This document shows positions 13,401 through 25,910 of a stretch of DNA of 64,000 bases, piece after piece. Below the pieces are notes generated by a model. The model had not been told where the DNA came from, did not search any database, and saw only the letters and a program-made list of their open reading frames with translations. A program made the position numbers and the translations under genes. The stretch is from Azolla caroliniana. Its lineage: Eukaryota; Plantae; Polypodiophyta. Every line of letters begins with the position of its first letter. Position 1 is the stretch's first letter. The stretch is taken from assembly GCA_043228905.1 (NCBI GenBank), contig JBHGNT010000005.1, positions 21,204,001 to 21,268,000 of the forward strand. Reading direction: 5' to 3'.

Positions 13401-14210
13401 AAATAAAAATTGTACGGGAGATCCATTGATATACCCGTTTGCACGTAGTAAATCATTGGGACCCAATACATAGTGAGGGAAAGAGCATTGACAATTACTA
13501 AAATGATGTGTATAGACCTGAAGGACATTAGGAATCTGACCTTTATAGTCTGCAACTTTAGCTTTGCTGTAGTGCTCTTTCCGTTGGAGCTTTCGACATT
13601 GTTCTTTTGTATGACCCTTCTTTTTGCAGAATACACAAAAAGGATGTTGTCACTTACAATCGCGATCCATGAATTCGTTGGGTGTCTTGCGTTTCCAAAC
13701 GAATTGCGACTGCTTAGTCCCGGGCACTTCGTTGGGTTTGTTGTGGTCCTTCGAAGTGCGTTGATAGCGAAGAACTATTTCAACGGCCGCTTCGAAGGAT
13801 TTTGGATCCTTATCGTGCACTATCTAGTGATAGTCCGAATTGGGGATGCCATTGACAAAACAAGCTATTAACCAGTTGTCCCCTTCTAGACCCGATTTTT
13901 GGATTTGGGTTCTAGCATGGTGGACATAGTCTTCTAGGAAGGAAAATTTCCGACTAGAGAGGTTCATTAAAGCTTGTGTTGCCTCGGTTCGAGAGGGAGG
14001 TTGCAGAAATTGGCCCTTGAAAACTGTGACAAAATTTGTCCAGGTATCAGGCAATTTCCCCAAAGTACGGAGCCCACGCCACTAGGCGGCAGCCCTACCC
14101 CCTAGTTCTCGGCCGACATATGCAATCTTTGTACTATCTGGCGTGGGATAGAGCTCAAAATGAGACTCCCATCGGCCCAACCACATGCAGATTGCTTCTT
14201 CGGTTCTTTC
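10493..14210 (-). pseudogene. gag-pol: Family C gag-pol pseudogene, RT core deleted
   Basis: ORFs 13824-14063, 12930-13466, 11771-12469, 11012-11689 and 10583-10984; compared with 28222-31425 the RT core is missing near 12640-12820. Confidence 0.9.
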
Positions 14211-14218
14211 TTTATATA

Positions 14219-14842
14219 TGACAGGAACTACACGCTCCGATGAACAACGCTTGGCCACAACCAAGCTTAGAATAAAAACACAGAAAACAAGGAATGAAAG
14301 CACAACACAATGGAGAGAAGAGTACACAGGATGTTTACGTGGAAAACCCAAACTCGGGAAAAACCACGACAGCCCACAGACCGCAAACTATCACTATATC
14401 AGAATGTACAATAAGAAAGCATCAGGGCCACGACCTTGAGCTTGCTATCTTCGCCACAGGCGGCGGTTACAATAGAGGCAACGACCTCTTCCTCTCCGTC
14501 ACTCTCTCTGTACACTATTGCTATCTCAAAGAATCGCGACAACGATAATGACAACCACTTTACTAAGTTTTCCCTAAGTCATATTTATACTAATATGACT
14601 TTTCGACTATTTACAAATATAGCCCTGATGGACTCTCAGAAACATATTTACGAATATGTCCCTTCATCCGGTGAGCACTCCTCACCGGGCCTGCATCATC
14701 CGGCGCTTGCCGGGCACACGTCATCCGGTTCTCCCTGGGTCTTCCGTTGCCGGGTACTCCACATCCGGTTCTGGCCTTGGCCGAGTTTGCTCATCAGTAC
14801 TGTTCTTCTCACTTCCCATCCGGAGGGACCTGTTTCCTAACA
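14219..14842 (-). repeat. Copia solo LTR (Copia-1-related) with intact TSD
   Basis: TG...CA, 624 bp, TSD ATATA on both sides (14214-14218, 14843-14847); shares motifs with 2424-3041. Confidence 0.88.
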
Positions 14843-14966
14843 ATATACAGATATGTATATTATCACATATATACAATCAACTACGTATACACGAGACCAC
14901 ATATGCCTATATTAAAGAAATCATTATATTTAATAGCCAAAAATGACGTAATCGAGATACGTAATC

Positions 14967-15209
14967 GAGGCATATACCTCTACACACACGAGACATCTAA
15001 AAATAAGGGTTATTCGTAATACTCAATTGAAGTATTGACCTCTTACGCATACGAGACCAAACGCATATCATTTACAACGAATTGAGGTATTGACCTCATA
15101 CGCAAATGTAACATATGTTTGTGAACGTAATACACAATTGAGGTATTAACCTCGTGCGCATACAACACTCATCACATATTCAATATACGTCAAATGAGGT
15201 ATTGACCTC
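14967..15209. repeat. Five about 56-bp degenerate tandem units, each with a GAGGT-N4-ACCTC palindrome, in the family C leader
   Basis: Palindromes at 14967, 15029, 15084, 15140 and 15196; the same array is at 33776/33838 and 37456-37581. Confidence 0.8.
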
Positions 15210-15468
15210 ATACACATATGTAAACGTTTTATACAACCAATGAATTACCACTACAACATCATTGAATCTATAAGAAAAATTATATATTAACCATACACAT
15301 GATTAAATTGGGAGAAGAAAGAATAGAAAAAACAAGAAAGATTACCGAAGTTCCTTTGTTGATCCTTGTTTGCATGAAGGCCGACCGACCGCACGTAGAT
15401 CGATCGCCATCAATCAAGAACACAAAACACAACAAAAGAAACATTAGAAAATGAGCTCTGATACCAGT

Positions 15469-15925
15469 TATTAGAGACATAGACTAATGTAAGCATGAGA
15501 TAAGGATAGAAAATAGATAGATATATAGAAAGGAGAGAGAGAAAGAAGGGTGTTGATCCACCCGACCACCCCCGAGCGAAGGGATCGAGACAAACTCGAG
15601 CCTCGATCGGTGTCCCATACCACCGTTGTGGCGTCGAGTCGTACCTGATGCTGGCGCGCTCACTACAAGAGTTGAGCCACCACAAGACAGAGTCTCGACG
15701 TAGTCAACAAGATAATCAAATGAGGGTAGCTAGGCCTCTTATTTATAGCAATACCCAAGGCCCCCAGGCAAGTTCACACTTGGCCTAATGGGTTGTCTCA
15801 ATCCTGAGGATTAAAAGTAATCCTCCCCTTCTTTACACTCTCGTTTAACCCTCACACTTATCCACGTGTATAGAATACTATGGTAAATTCTGACCACGGG
15901 ATATTATATGGTCATGCCCGTAACA
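15469..15925 (-). repeat. Family C 5' LTR
   Basis: Adjacent to PBS gctctgatacca; repeat of 10038-10492. Confidence 0.9.
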
Positions 15926-16780
15926 CCATCCGGTCTTTTCGGCTCCCTCCATATTAATCCATTTTTTAAGAAGAACTTTTGGACGTGCCTCTTCTTCCTT
16001 TAGATCTCGGCTCTCTTCTCTTTATCGTCCGATGAGTCCTCAATCTCATGTAGCACCTTCCCGATCATCAAGCTTTCTCCCTCGTATTCTTCTTCTCGGA
16101 ATTCTCAGATTACGTTTACTTGGCATATGTGCTCCGAAGCAAAGTAGTCTTTAGAAACTTCTTCATTATCGGATTCAGCTATGTCGTCTCTGAACCAAAC
16201 CCTTGATAGCATATCCGCTACCGCGTTGTCTTTTCTAGATATGTGTCGTACGTCCAGGTTAAGCGACTTAACATATGCAATCCATCTTAGCATAGCCACA
16301 TCCGGTATCGTGCAACACCGCATCATCCCGAGTATCGGAAGACAATCCGTTTCGATCACCACTTTAGCTCTGATCAAATAATCTTGATCCGATTTGATTG
16401 CCAACATGACTCCCCATAATTCTCTTTTTGACTTGTGCATATCTACATTGCCTTTCATTGAGAACCTTTGCTCCGAATCGGATCAAATATCGCAAACTAT
16501 CCGAGTCGACTTGATTGATGACCCATCCGATCCCAGTTGGACTTGTATCAACCATTACTATGATCAGTTGCTCATAGCTCGGCTTCTTAAGTGCTTCAGC
16601 CCTCCGTAGTGTTTTCTTGAGCTTCTTCATGGCTTTGGTGTGTTCCGGTTTCCATTTGAACTTCTTCCCCTTCCGCTATAAGTGATAGAGTGGGTTAGCA
16701 ACATGTGCATAGTGCAGAATCCATATGTGATAAAATGCACAAGCTCCAAGAAACCTTCGGACTTCGGATTGTGACTCCTC
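15926..16780 (-). pseudogene. pol: Family A RT C-terminus and RNase H pseudogene
   Basis: EVRRFLGAC, VDTSPTGIGWVINQ, IETDCLPILG; joins the integrase across the family C insertion. Confidence 0.85.
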
Positions 16781-16895
16781 GGCCGAGTTCCTTATCAACT
16801 CGGCTCCTGTTTTCCAACTCTTCGACTATCGACTTTCCAAATAGTCGGATCATCCTCCCACTGGAGGGACATATTCCCAACAAACTCCCCCCCCT

Positions 16896-19800
16896 TCACT
16901 CCTGTGGGAGGAAATCTGTCAGTCCTGTATTTTGTCGACAAACTCTGGGTCTGTCCATAGGTAGGTTCTTCGTCAACATGTTAGATCCATTGTCGTCGGT
17001 AGGGATCTTCACAAGGGAAAACTCTCCTTCTTCGACTCTCTCCCGCAACCAGTGATACCTTCTCTGTATGTGTTTGGTCCAAGAGTGATATGCCGTGTTC
17101 TTGGCTAGGTGTATGGCGCTTTGACTATCATAGTAAAGTAAGAACTCCTTTTGCTTCATGCCTAGTTCGGTGAGAAAATTTCTCATCCAGATCAGCTCTT
17201 TTCCAGCCTCTACCGCTGCCATATACTCTACCTCTATAGTCGACAAGGCTACAAATTTCTGCAATCGTGACTGCCACGACACTACTCCCCCTACATAGGT
17301 CATCATGTACCCTGACGTGGATCGGCTTGAGTCGGTATCTCCAGACATGTCTGAATCGGTAAAACTTTCAAGCACAGGTTTTCCGACACCATACCTTAGG
17401 CACACCTCCAAGGTGCCTTTTAGGTACCTGAGTATCCACTTCACTGCTACCCAGTGTTCTCTCCCTGGATTACTCATATATCGACTTACTGCTCCCATAG
17501 CAAATGCTATGTCCAGTCTCGTACAGACCATAGCATACATTAGACTGTCGACGGCCGAGGCATATGGTACCTTCTTCATCTCAACCTTTTCCTTCTGCCC
17601 TTTCGGACCCTACGTCACATTCAATCTGCAATTTGTCGGCAACACTGAGCGGACCGGCTTTGCGTTCAACATGTTGAACCTCTCTAGGATCTTTGTCACA
17701 TACTTCTGTTGTGACAACCATAGCACCTTTCGAGCTCTGTCTCGGGTTATGTGCATTCCTAGGATTTGCTTGGCCGGTGCAAGGTCTTTCATGGCAAATG
17801 ATTTGCCGAGAGCTTTCTTCAAGCTTCCAATCTTCCTTGCATCTTGGCCAATTATCAACATATCATCAACATATAGCAAGAGAATCAAGAAATCTCCTTC
17901 CTCGTACCTTTTTACGAACACACAGTGATCGGCTTGTGTTTTCTGGAATTGATGTTCCACCATGAAGGACTCGAATTTCTTGTACCATTGGTGTGGAGCT
18001 TGTTTCAGACCGTACAAGCTTTTCCTCAGTCGGCACACCAGATTCTCTTTCCCTTTCTCCTCAAAGCCTTCGGGTTCCTGCATGTAGATTTCTTATTCTA
18101 GCTCCCCGTGTAGAAATGCGTTTTTGACATCCAACTGTTCGATCTCCAAATCCATGCTGGCTGCTATGCTTAGAATAGTTCGAATCGATGTCATCTTCAC
18201 GACTGGTGCGAATATTTCGTCAAAGTCGACGCCCTTCTTCTGTTGGAAACCCTTCACCACTATGCGGGCTTTATACCTAGGCTCGATGTCAACTTCTCTA
18301 GTCTTCACCTTGTAGACCCATTTATTCCTGAGTGCTCTCTTACCTTTCGGCAGCTCTACTAGGTCATAGGTGTAATTCGCGTGTAAGGATTCCATCTCCT
18401 CTTGCATCGCGCTCAGCCATTTTGCTTTGCTCTCGTCGGCAATGGCTTCTTCATAGCACTCCGGTTCACCGTCATCAATCAAGAGGACGTATTGACTAGC
18501 ATATGTAATCGATGCCTTCCTTTCTCTGATTGGGTATCTTCGTCCACTCGTTGTTGGCTCCAGTCTGGATGTCTCTACCAACTCTTCTTTCTGCTTAGGA
18601 TTTTGCTCGTCAATCGGCATCTCCAAGTTGGATAACTCCAACTCATATTCGTCAATTGACCTCAGTAGCTCTGCCGACTCTGACTCATAGTCTGTCGATC
18701 TTTCCGAGTCGATCGACTCGGATTCGGCTCTATCGGCCAGCTGTCTCCTTACAACTGTCGGTGACGACTCACTTGCCCTTAAGTCGATGGTAGTCGAGGT
18801 TGACTAGGGAGTCAGTTCCGACATCTATTGCTTCCAGTCTTCAATTCTCTTGTCTTCTAGAAAGACTACATCCCGTCTTCTCACTACCTTCTTGTCGACT
18901 CGGTCCCATAGCCTGTAGCCGAACTCATCTTCCGAGTATCCCATGAATATGCATGCTTTCGACTTGCTGTCGAGCTTTGACCTCTAATCCTTTGGTACAT
19001 GCATATACACCAAACATCCAAACACCCTCAGGTGTTGGTAGGAGACATCCTTCCCTATCCACACCCTTTGTGGGACATCGCCCTTTAGAGGTACTGAGGG
19101 AGACCTGTTGATCAGATAAACAACTGTGTACAATGCCTCAGCCCAATAGGGTTTCAGCAGTTTCGCATGAGAGGGCATACTCCTTACTCTCTCCATGATC
19201 ATTCGATTCATCCTCTCTACAAGCCCGTTCAACTCTAGGGTCTTTGGTACTATGTATTCGATTCGAATACCTTGGCTCTTGCAGTATTCTTCGAACTGCC
19301 CTGTATACTTGCCACCATTGTTGATTCGGACAACCTTCAATTTCGGACCCTACTCTCTTTCGGTTCTTGCCTGGAACTCCTTGAAAACCGACAGTACTTG
19401 ATCCTTCGACTTCAGTACGAAGGCCCATGTCTTCCGACTATAGTCGTCAATAAAAGTTACAAAGTATTGTCCTCCTCGATGCGATGGAGCATCCACATAG
19501 CACACATCCGTGTGCACTAGTTCCAGTGCAACATCTCTTCTCCTTGGTGGTCTTGTGTGGAATGCCGCCCTGTTCTGCTTTCCGGCTAAGCAGTCGACAC
19601 ACTTCTTCAAGTGAACTCCCTTGACTTCTGGTCGGCTAGCAGGTGCATTCCCTTATCACCTGCCGAGTCAGCTGCCAAATTTACTTCCGATTTGCACAGT
19701 CAGGCCTACATCATGTACAATGTGCCTTCTTTCTGTGCTCGGGCCACTATGAGATTTCCTCGGCAGAACTTCCACTTGCCATTCCGAAAGCTACCATTGT

Positions 19801-22188
19801 AGCCTTCGTCGTCAAGCTTTCTAATCGATATCAAATTCAATCTGATATTGGGGACATGTCGAACATCCTTCAACGTTAGTCGACACCCTGTCGACGTCGT
19901 CACGCTTACACTTCCGACTCCGGTTATCTTGCACTCTCCACTATCACCCATCTTTACATAGCCATGATCCCCGGCTATGTAAGTTGAGAAATACTCTCTT
20001 GACGGAGTAATATGGAAGGATGCGTCGGAGTCGATCACCCACGTGCAATCTTCACTCACAAGATTTGCACTCGTCTGTTCACAAATGAACAGGAGCTCTT
20101 CATTGCTCGTAGCGATGGCCGAAGTGTTCTTTTCATCTGGAATTTTCCAGGGTTCGACATTATTTCTGACACTCTTGTCTTTTCTCATGTGTCGACGGTC
20201 CTTCTGGAAGTGTCCAGGTTTTCCGCAATAGAAGTACACAGGCTTACCTCCGGACTTCAATCTGGCGTGGGATTTGTCCGCTCGCTGCAGACTTCTTCTT
20301 CGTCGGTGTCGTGAAAATACGACGAGGATACGTGAACTTGAGGCAGGACCCCGGGGCCTCCGACCGGAAGATATCAAATTCGTATGATTATATTAAACAA
20401 TTAATACGAAATGAGAAAGATTCACAAATTTCATTAACAAGTAGAAAGAAAGATTACAATTAATCCCAAGATTGGGATTACAAAAAATTTGCTAATGGAG
20501 ATGGCTAGAGTAATAGATTAGAGGAAATTAAGATATGAATTCTATAGAAAATTAGGGTTTTTGGCCTTGATAAGAGATTATGGTTTTATGAGTTGAATAG
20601 TTTCCATATGGAAATTTAGGGTTATGAGTAAGATATGGCTTCCGTAAGGAAATTAGGGTTTTACTTGAGAGATATGGCTTTGATAAGAAAATTAGGGTTT
20701 ACTTGAGAGATATGGCTTTGATAAGATAGGGGACCCCTAGAAGGAAAAGAAAAACAATATAATATGGTGAGAGTATATGAGTATAGGAAAAAAAATGGAA
20801 TTATATATGGAGTTCCCCGTTGATCATATGCCTCCACTTTTTGTTGCATGGCCTCTCGTTTTAGTTGCATAACTTTTTCTTTTTGTTGCATCTATTTTTA
20901 GTTGCATGGCGTTTTCTTTAGTTGCATGCAACCGTCCACTTGACCTTTACTTTAGTCTCTTTTACCTTTCTTTAATTAGCCACATGATCATTTTATCTGT
21001 TCGGTTTGCGTCCAACCTCGTACAGTCGCCGGTTCCGCCCGATCGCCGAATCCCTCGCTGGCCGGTTCCGGTTTGCTTGCCGACCGGTTCCGGTTTTGCT
21101 TACTGGCTAGTTTCCGGTATTGCTTACTAACCAGTTTCCAGATTCCGGTTTTGCTTACCGGCCAGTTTCTGGTTTTGCTTGCTGACCGATTCCGGTTCCG
21201 ATTTGCTGGTTGGTTCCAGTTCCGATTTGCATACCGACCGGTTTCCGGTTTTAGGGAATTTGGCCACCATCATCCATCAAGACAAAGTGGCCAAATTGCT
21301 CTTAGTACAAATGAAGAATGAGGGAGCCAAGGTGGTTATATAGCCAAGGCCTTAACTTTCCTATCTATGTGGGATAGTTCTAATTTCCCTATCTTCTCAA
21401 ACTTTATTTTCACATAACTTGATATATATTTCTCCATTTTGTATATAGTAAAATACGTTTTGAAGCTCTTGAGTATATCCATCTTTCTATAGTAAGCTAC
21501 TAATCTAATCTATAATAATTATTTCATTATTTTTTTACACAGTGTGTGACGATTCACACGACACCGATCTCTTCCTTTGTCCATATGTTGAGTCAGATTC
21601 GACTCCATTTGGGACAGGACTCCTTTGTCTTTCCTCCTTGCCTCCTCGTTTAGGATGCTTGTCTTCACCGTCTGTAAAGACAAGTTCACTTCTTGACAGG
21701 AGGTGCTGAGAGTAACCACCAGGTTCTCCCAGGTTTCTAGCAGTCTGCACATCAGCAGGATGGCCTGAATCGCATCATCCAGGGGAAACTTGGTCGCAAC
21801 AAGTTGATTTACATACCCCATAAATGTGCTAATGTGTTCGACGATGCTCTCACCGTCTCTGTATTTCAGCCGTACGATTTTTCTCATTAGCGAGGTTCTG
21901 TTTAGTGCGTTCTTCCTCGCGTACAGACCCGACAGCTTCTGCCACATCTCGTGGGCATTCGTGTTGTTTGCCACATGCTGAAAGACACTTACATCGACAC
22001 ATTGTCGGATTGTGGCCACCTCCTTCCTATTCAAAAGCTTCGAATACCCCCTTGGGTATTTCTGCTCTGTCGACTAGCTCGTACAAGTCTTTGACTATGA
22101 GTAGGTCCTCCATCTTGATCTTCCAGTCTGCATAGTTCCGTGAGTTGAGAACTATCATACCTGGGAAACCGCTCACACCTCCTTCCAT
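16896..22188 (-). pseudogene. gag-pol: Copia-2 gag-pol pseudogene (interrupted by a solo LTR in gag)
   Basis: ORFs 21519-22034, 19706-20377, 19350-19610, 18984-19340, 18093-18641, 17610-18083 and 16896-17579. Confidence 0.9.
20307..21563. repeat. Solo LTR (about 1.26 kb) of a TGTCG-ended gypsy family
   Basis: Perfect 7-bp inverted ends TGTCGTG...CACGACA; flanks TCGG/CCGA (decayed CCGG TSD); removing it restores the copia gag frame (KGRDRRRRS). Confidence 0.8.
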
Positions 22189-22548
22189 GCTTGCACCTCA
22201 AGCTCTGATACCAATTTGTCAAGAAATCGTTGCGGAATTAGTCACAATAAACTGACACGCGTTGAAATACAAATTACAGAAATGCCAGAAGGACAAGATA
22301 AATAGATGTACACAGATTTACGTGGAAACCCTAAAATGGGGAAAACCACGGGTGAACAAAATCTTCACTATAGTATAGTGGATATACTACACCGAGAGGA
22401 ATACAACACTCTGTCGAGTGTATCAACCACGCAGGGCTCTTCGCGTCTGTTGTTACAAACACAGCTATGGCGCGGCTCACACTACTCTCTCTCTCTCTCA
22501 CACGCTCTCTTGCGTTCTACAGTTCTGCACATACACGTCGTTCTCTGT

Positions 22549-23537
22549 TTATCACTTCATGCCGCCTTTTCGGAAGTTTGGTCGGAGTGGCTTCTGAGAG
22601 TCCATCGAATGGATCCGATTTCCCTCGTAGTAGATAAGATCTTGTCGCAACGCCTCCTTATGCTCGTTTCAATCCCTCCGATCATGTTCAGTGCCATTGC
22701 ACCATATGCACTGACGGTCCATATACTTGGAGCTTGTGGGACGGTCATCCGACTTCTTTACCATCACGATTTTCAGATTCTCCATTTCTTTCAGCAACTA
22801 CTCCACCGTGGTTGCATCGATTCCTTCTCGGTCATAGTCTCCCTAGCCCTCGGTTGATGGTCTTCCAATCCGGATCTCGGTTTCGGAATCGGTTCTAAAA
22901 CCCTCTTTTCTTCACTAGCAAGCCATCGCCCCCTCTTCGTGTATCGTGCAACGATATCCCACACGCTTTCCCATGTTTCGGTGAGGCCACTCTCAGTGGT
23001 CGTGTCCTCCAAAAGCACTCCAAGATCTTTCCAGTCCCGGATGTCCACAGCTCGTAGGAACATGATCACTTTGTCCGATGCGAGGATAGCTTGATCTCTC
23101 GCAGACAACCTGTTGAACCGACTTTCGAATGACAAAAACACATCAAGGACCTTCATCCCCTTATCCGGTGTTTCCACCCAATCTTCAAATCCCCTCCTCA
23201 TTGCCTTGGAGGAGTCCTCGATGGCGAATGTGGTCTTTAGCGCCTCTTCAAATGCCTCCCACGTTGGATTTTGCTGCCGTATCCCGTGGATACTCCCTTG
23301 AAGCCCGTCAGTCGCCACCCGGTTGAAGGATGTCACTTGCAGTCCTTCCGAAATCCCGCACCGTAGCATTTCTGCCTTGTAATCTCGCAAATATCATGAC
23401 ACGTCTTTACCGTTGAATTGCCCGTTCCGTTGCACGAGCCGCTCTACTGCTGCCGCAATCTCCGACATCGCACGTTGTTCTTGTAGCATCCACTCAAACA
23501 TCACCATCATGTTGTTAACCCCCGGTTGATTTTCCAT
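22549..23537 (-). pseudogene. gag: Family A gag pseudogene
   Basis: ORF 22791-23390 (DYKAEMLRCGI) plus a CIWxDxxDH zinc-knuckle-like tail; follows the tRNA-Trp PBS. Confidence 0.82.
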
Positions 23538-23555
23538 CTCCTTGCCACCCGGTTT

Positions 23556-23571
23556 CACGTCGGGTTCACCA
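23556..23571 (-). promoter_or_regulatory. Primer-binding site complementary to the tRNA-Trp 3' end
   Basis: TGGTGAACCCGACGTG on the element strand; the same PBS occurs at about 7902, 36673 and 38601. Confidence 0.75.
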
Positions 23572-23575
23572 CTTG

Positions 23576-24339
23576 TGTCATGCCTTTCAGCGCCGGATTG
23601 TTGTGGGAGTTAGGTGGGAACTGCTGGGGTTTTGGACTAGGAGGAAGAAGAATTTGAGACAAGTATAGTTATGAATAGAATTTAAGAAAGAGAAATAGAA
23701 ACCTCATGAATCCCACGAGTATAATGTATTTTATTAGATTAATCAATATAAAGATAAGAATATGAATTTGGATTGAAAGAGAAGGATATAGAAACCTTGT
23801 GAATCCCACGAGTGTAGTTTTTTTCGTGAATCCCACAAATATATTTTATTAATTGGTGTCTTTTTGAAATATATCTAATATCCAAGTATTTCACACACAT
23901 TACATTGTGCTCCCCATCCTTATATAATGATGAGAGAGTCTTAGCAATCCATGATTTTTCTATCAATAGACTATATGCTTTATCTAACATCCTTTTTTCT
24001 AAAGTAATCATGCTTTTTCTAACTTGATGCGTTTTTATCGACTATAGTGTTCATGCACGCTAGATGTGCATTTGTAGCTTTTTCTTTTATCATGTGTTTT
24101 CTTCTAACTAAAGTTTATCCTAGTGTGCACTTACCTTTCTATGTGGGACGTCTACTTTTTTAACACTAATGATATGTTACTATAATGGTAAAGCTTCACA
24201 TTATATACATGGAAGTACAAGGTTTGAATCTTGCCCTACGCATGTATGACGTATTTTAACATTTTCTTCTATTTCTTCATATTTATTGAATCGGTTATTT
24301 TATACGTTTTTCACGTAGTGTACGAAATACACTACGACA
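23576..24339 (-). repeat. Family A 5' LTR
   Basis: tgtcatgcc...actacgaca, followed by TSD ACGT. Confidence 0.87.
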
Positions 24340-24343
24340 ACGT

Positions 24344-25910
24344 ATCTTGATTACATCATTCATTGGGTTATGTTTTGCTAACAATTCTTTTATATATACA
24401 TACGTATGTCATCGTATACATGTTAATGATAGTGATATATCGAATGTTGTCCTTTCAGTGTAAGGATCTTGGTTGCTGCCGTCTTCACATTTTTTGTGGG
24501 AAAGGCATAATCACCATTCTTTTTTAACAATTTTTTGTTATCTCCCTTGGTCACCTCAATTTTGCTATATGTAACAATTAAACAAGCATGGCCAGAATGA
24601 TATTGTGGGCGTAAGGGCTTCACCCACTTCATGTGAGGTCACCCTTATGAAACCCACATTTAACATCCCACACTTGTTACATGATAATGGGGCCATCATG
24701 AGACCATCATTATGAAAGGCATTCCTATTGAACTAACCATGTGATGGACCGTGTGGGCCTGCTACGAAAAAGAGGGCTAGTCTTGGGTTGAGCATTAGGT
24801 TGCTCCTTATGGTATGCCATTGTAATGATGAGACTTGAGGTTGGGTAACGTACCAACACAGTTTTCTATTTAATGACGGGAAATAAAGATTTTAAACACA
24901 TATGTCTTCGTTTTAAAAAACATAATATGGGTACATGCCTTCTAATAGCTCTCATACGCATAAACATTAAACATGCAATATGAGCAAGGAATTTAGGTCT
25001 AAGTGCACCTCATGGTCCTCATAATAGGGGACTTAAAGTGTCAAAACCACATGGGTTGGTAAAGAGAGAGAGTTTATTTTTAACATTTTTTCGTGTTTAA
25101 CTATTCACGACCAAGACCATGCAACATTATTGATACATATGACTATAAAACATGTTTAGACTTTAGTTCTAAGTGCACTTCAGGGTCCTCGTAATAGCAG
25201 AAAGACATAGTTTATTGTTAACATTTTTTTTCATGTACAATCTATTCATGACGCGAACAAACATGGTTGAGCCTCAGGGAACCGCCATTAAAAAAAAGAT
25301 ATAGAGATCAAGTAAAGACATTCCCTTGTCACCCCCATAGTTTTTAAAACATCCTTGTGTTACCATAGTTACCTAATCTTGCACCTGATCTCATAGGTTT
25401 AGAGGTGAGATCATAATATCGATTAATGTTTGCACATGATATGTTTACATCACGACATGATATTATGCTTATTTGTCTAACCCCATCCTATTTATTTGCT
25501 AGACATTATATTTTCATGGCTCATAATAATGACCCGATGGCATCCTCCCAAGTGGAGGGGATTCAAGGAAATAGTCTTGGGGTAATCCCAATTGGGTCAT
25601 ATTTTTTACAAATACAAAATTTCCTTAATTCTATCCTGAACAAGATTTCCTTAATTTTACCTTCAACATATGCCATTCTAAGTATGGAATGAGATACTAA
25701 TAGACCAGAAAAACGTTAAGGTGAACCATCATTTGTTGTCAAGCCATTTACGAGAGAGAAAAAGGAAAGAACTGAAGAAGCAAACTACATATGGCTTGGC
25801 TGATGGGAGTCTCATTTTGAGCTCTATCCAAAGCTAGATAGGATGAAGATTACATATGTCGATCGAGAACTAGGGCGTAAGGTCACCACCTCATGGCATG
25901 GGCTTCATGT
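24344..25910 (+). mobile_element. Older family C-related gypsy fragment (leader plus gag N-terminus); host of the family A insertions and of Copia-3
   Basis: Inverse homologue of 32190-33770; MAHNNDPMASSQVEG resembles MAQINDPMSSAQAEG; WESHFELYP-like segment. Confidence 0.8.

Larger units (their letters stand above)
10038..15925 (-). mobile_element. Chromovirus-type Ty3/gypsy, family C copy 1 (internally deleted)
   Basis: LTRs 10038-10492 and 15469-15925, PBS-Met at about 15455-15466, PPT at about 10495-10507, TSD CCATA/CCATC; gag, PR (LFDSGSSHNFV), RNase H, integrase and chromodomain fragments. Confidence 0.92.
16781..22548 (-). mobile_element. Ty1/copia element (Copia-2), both outer LTR ends truncated
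   Basis: PBS-Met 22202-22213, LTR remnants 22217-~22548 and ~16781-16882, PPT at about 16886-16895; gag, PR, INT, RT (LYVDDMLI) and RNase H. Confidence 0.88.
5740..24339 (-). mobile_element. Three-LTR composite family A gypsy (autonomous unit plus gag-only unit sharing an LTR), carrying nested insertions
   Basis: TSD ACGT at 5736-5739 and 24340-24343; LTRs at 23576-24339, 7922-8717 and 5740-5884; PBS after the first two, PPT before the last two. Confidence 0.8.

Noticed and set aside
14967-15209. CRISPR-like regularly spaced palindromes
   Set aside because: It is part of a retrotransposon leader found in two copies; the spacers are related to each other and shared between copies.
23556-23571. 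tRNA-Trp gene fragment
   Set aside because: Only the 3'-terminal 16 nt including CCA, next to an LTR; this is a PBS, not a tRNA gene.
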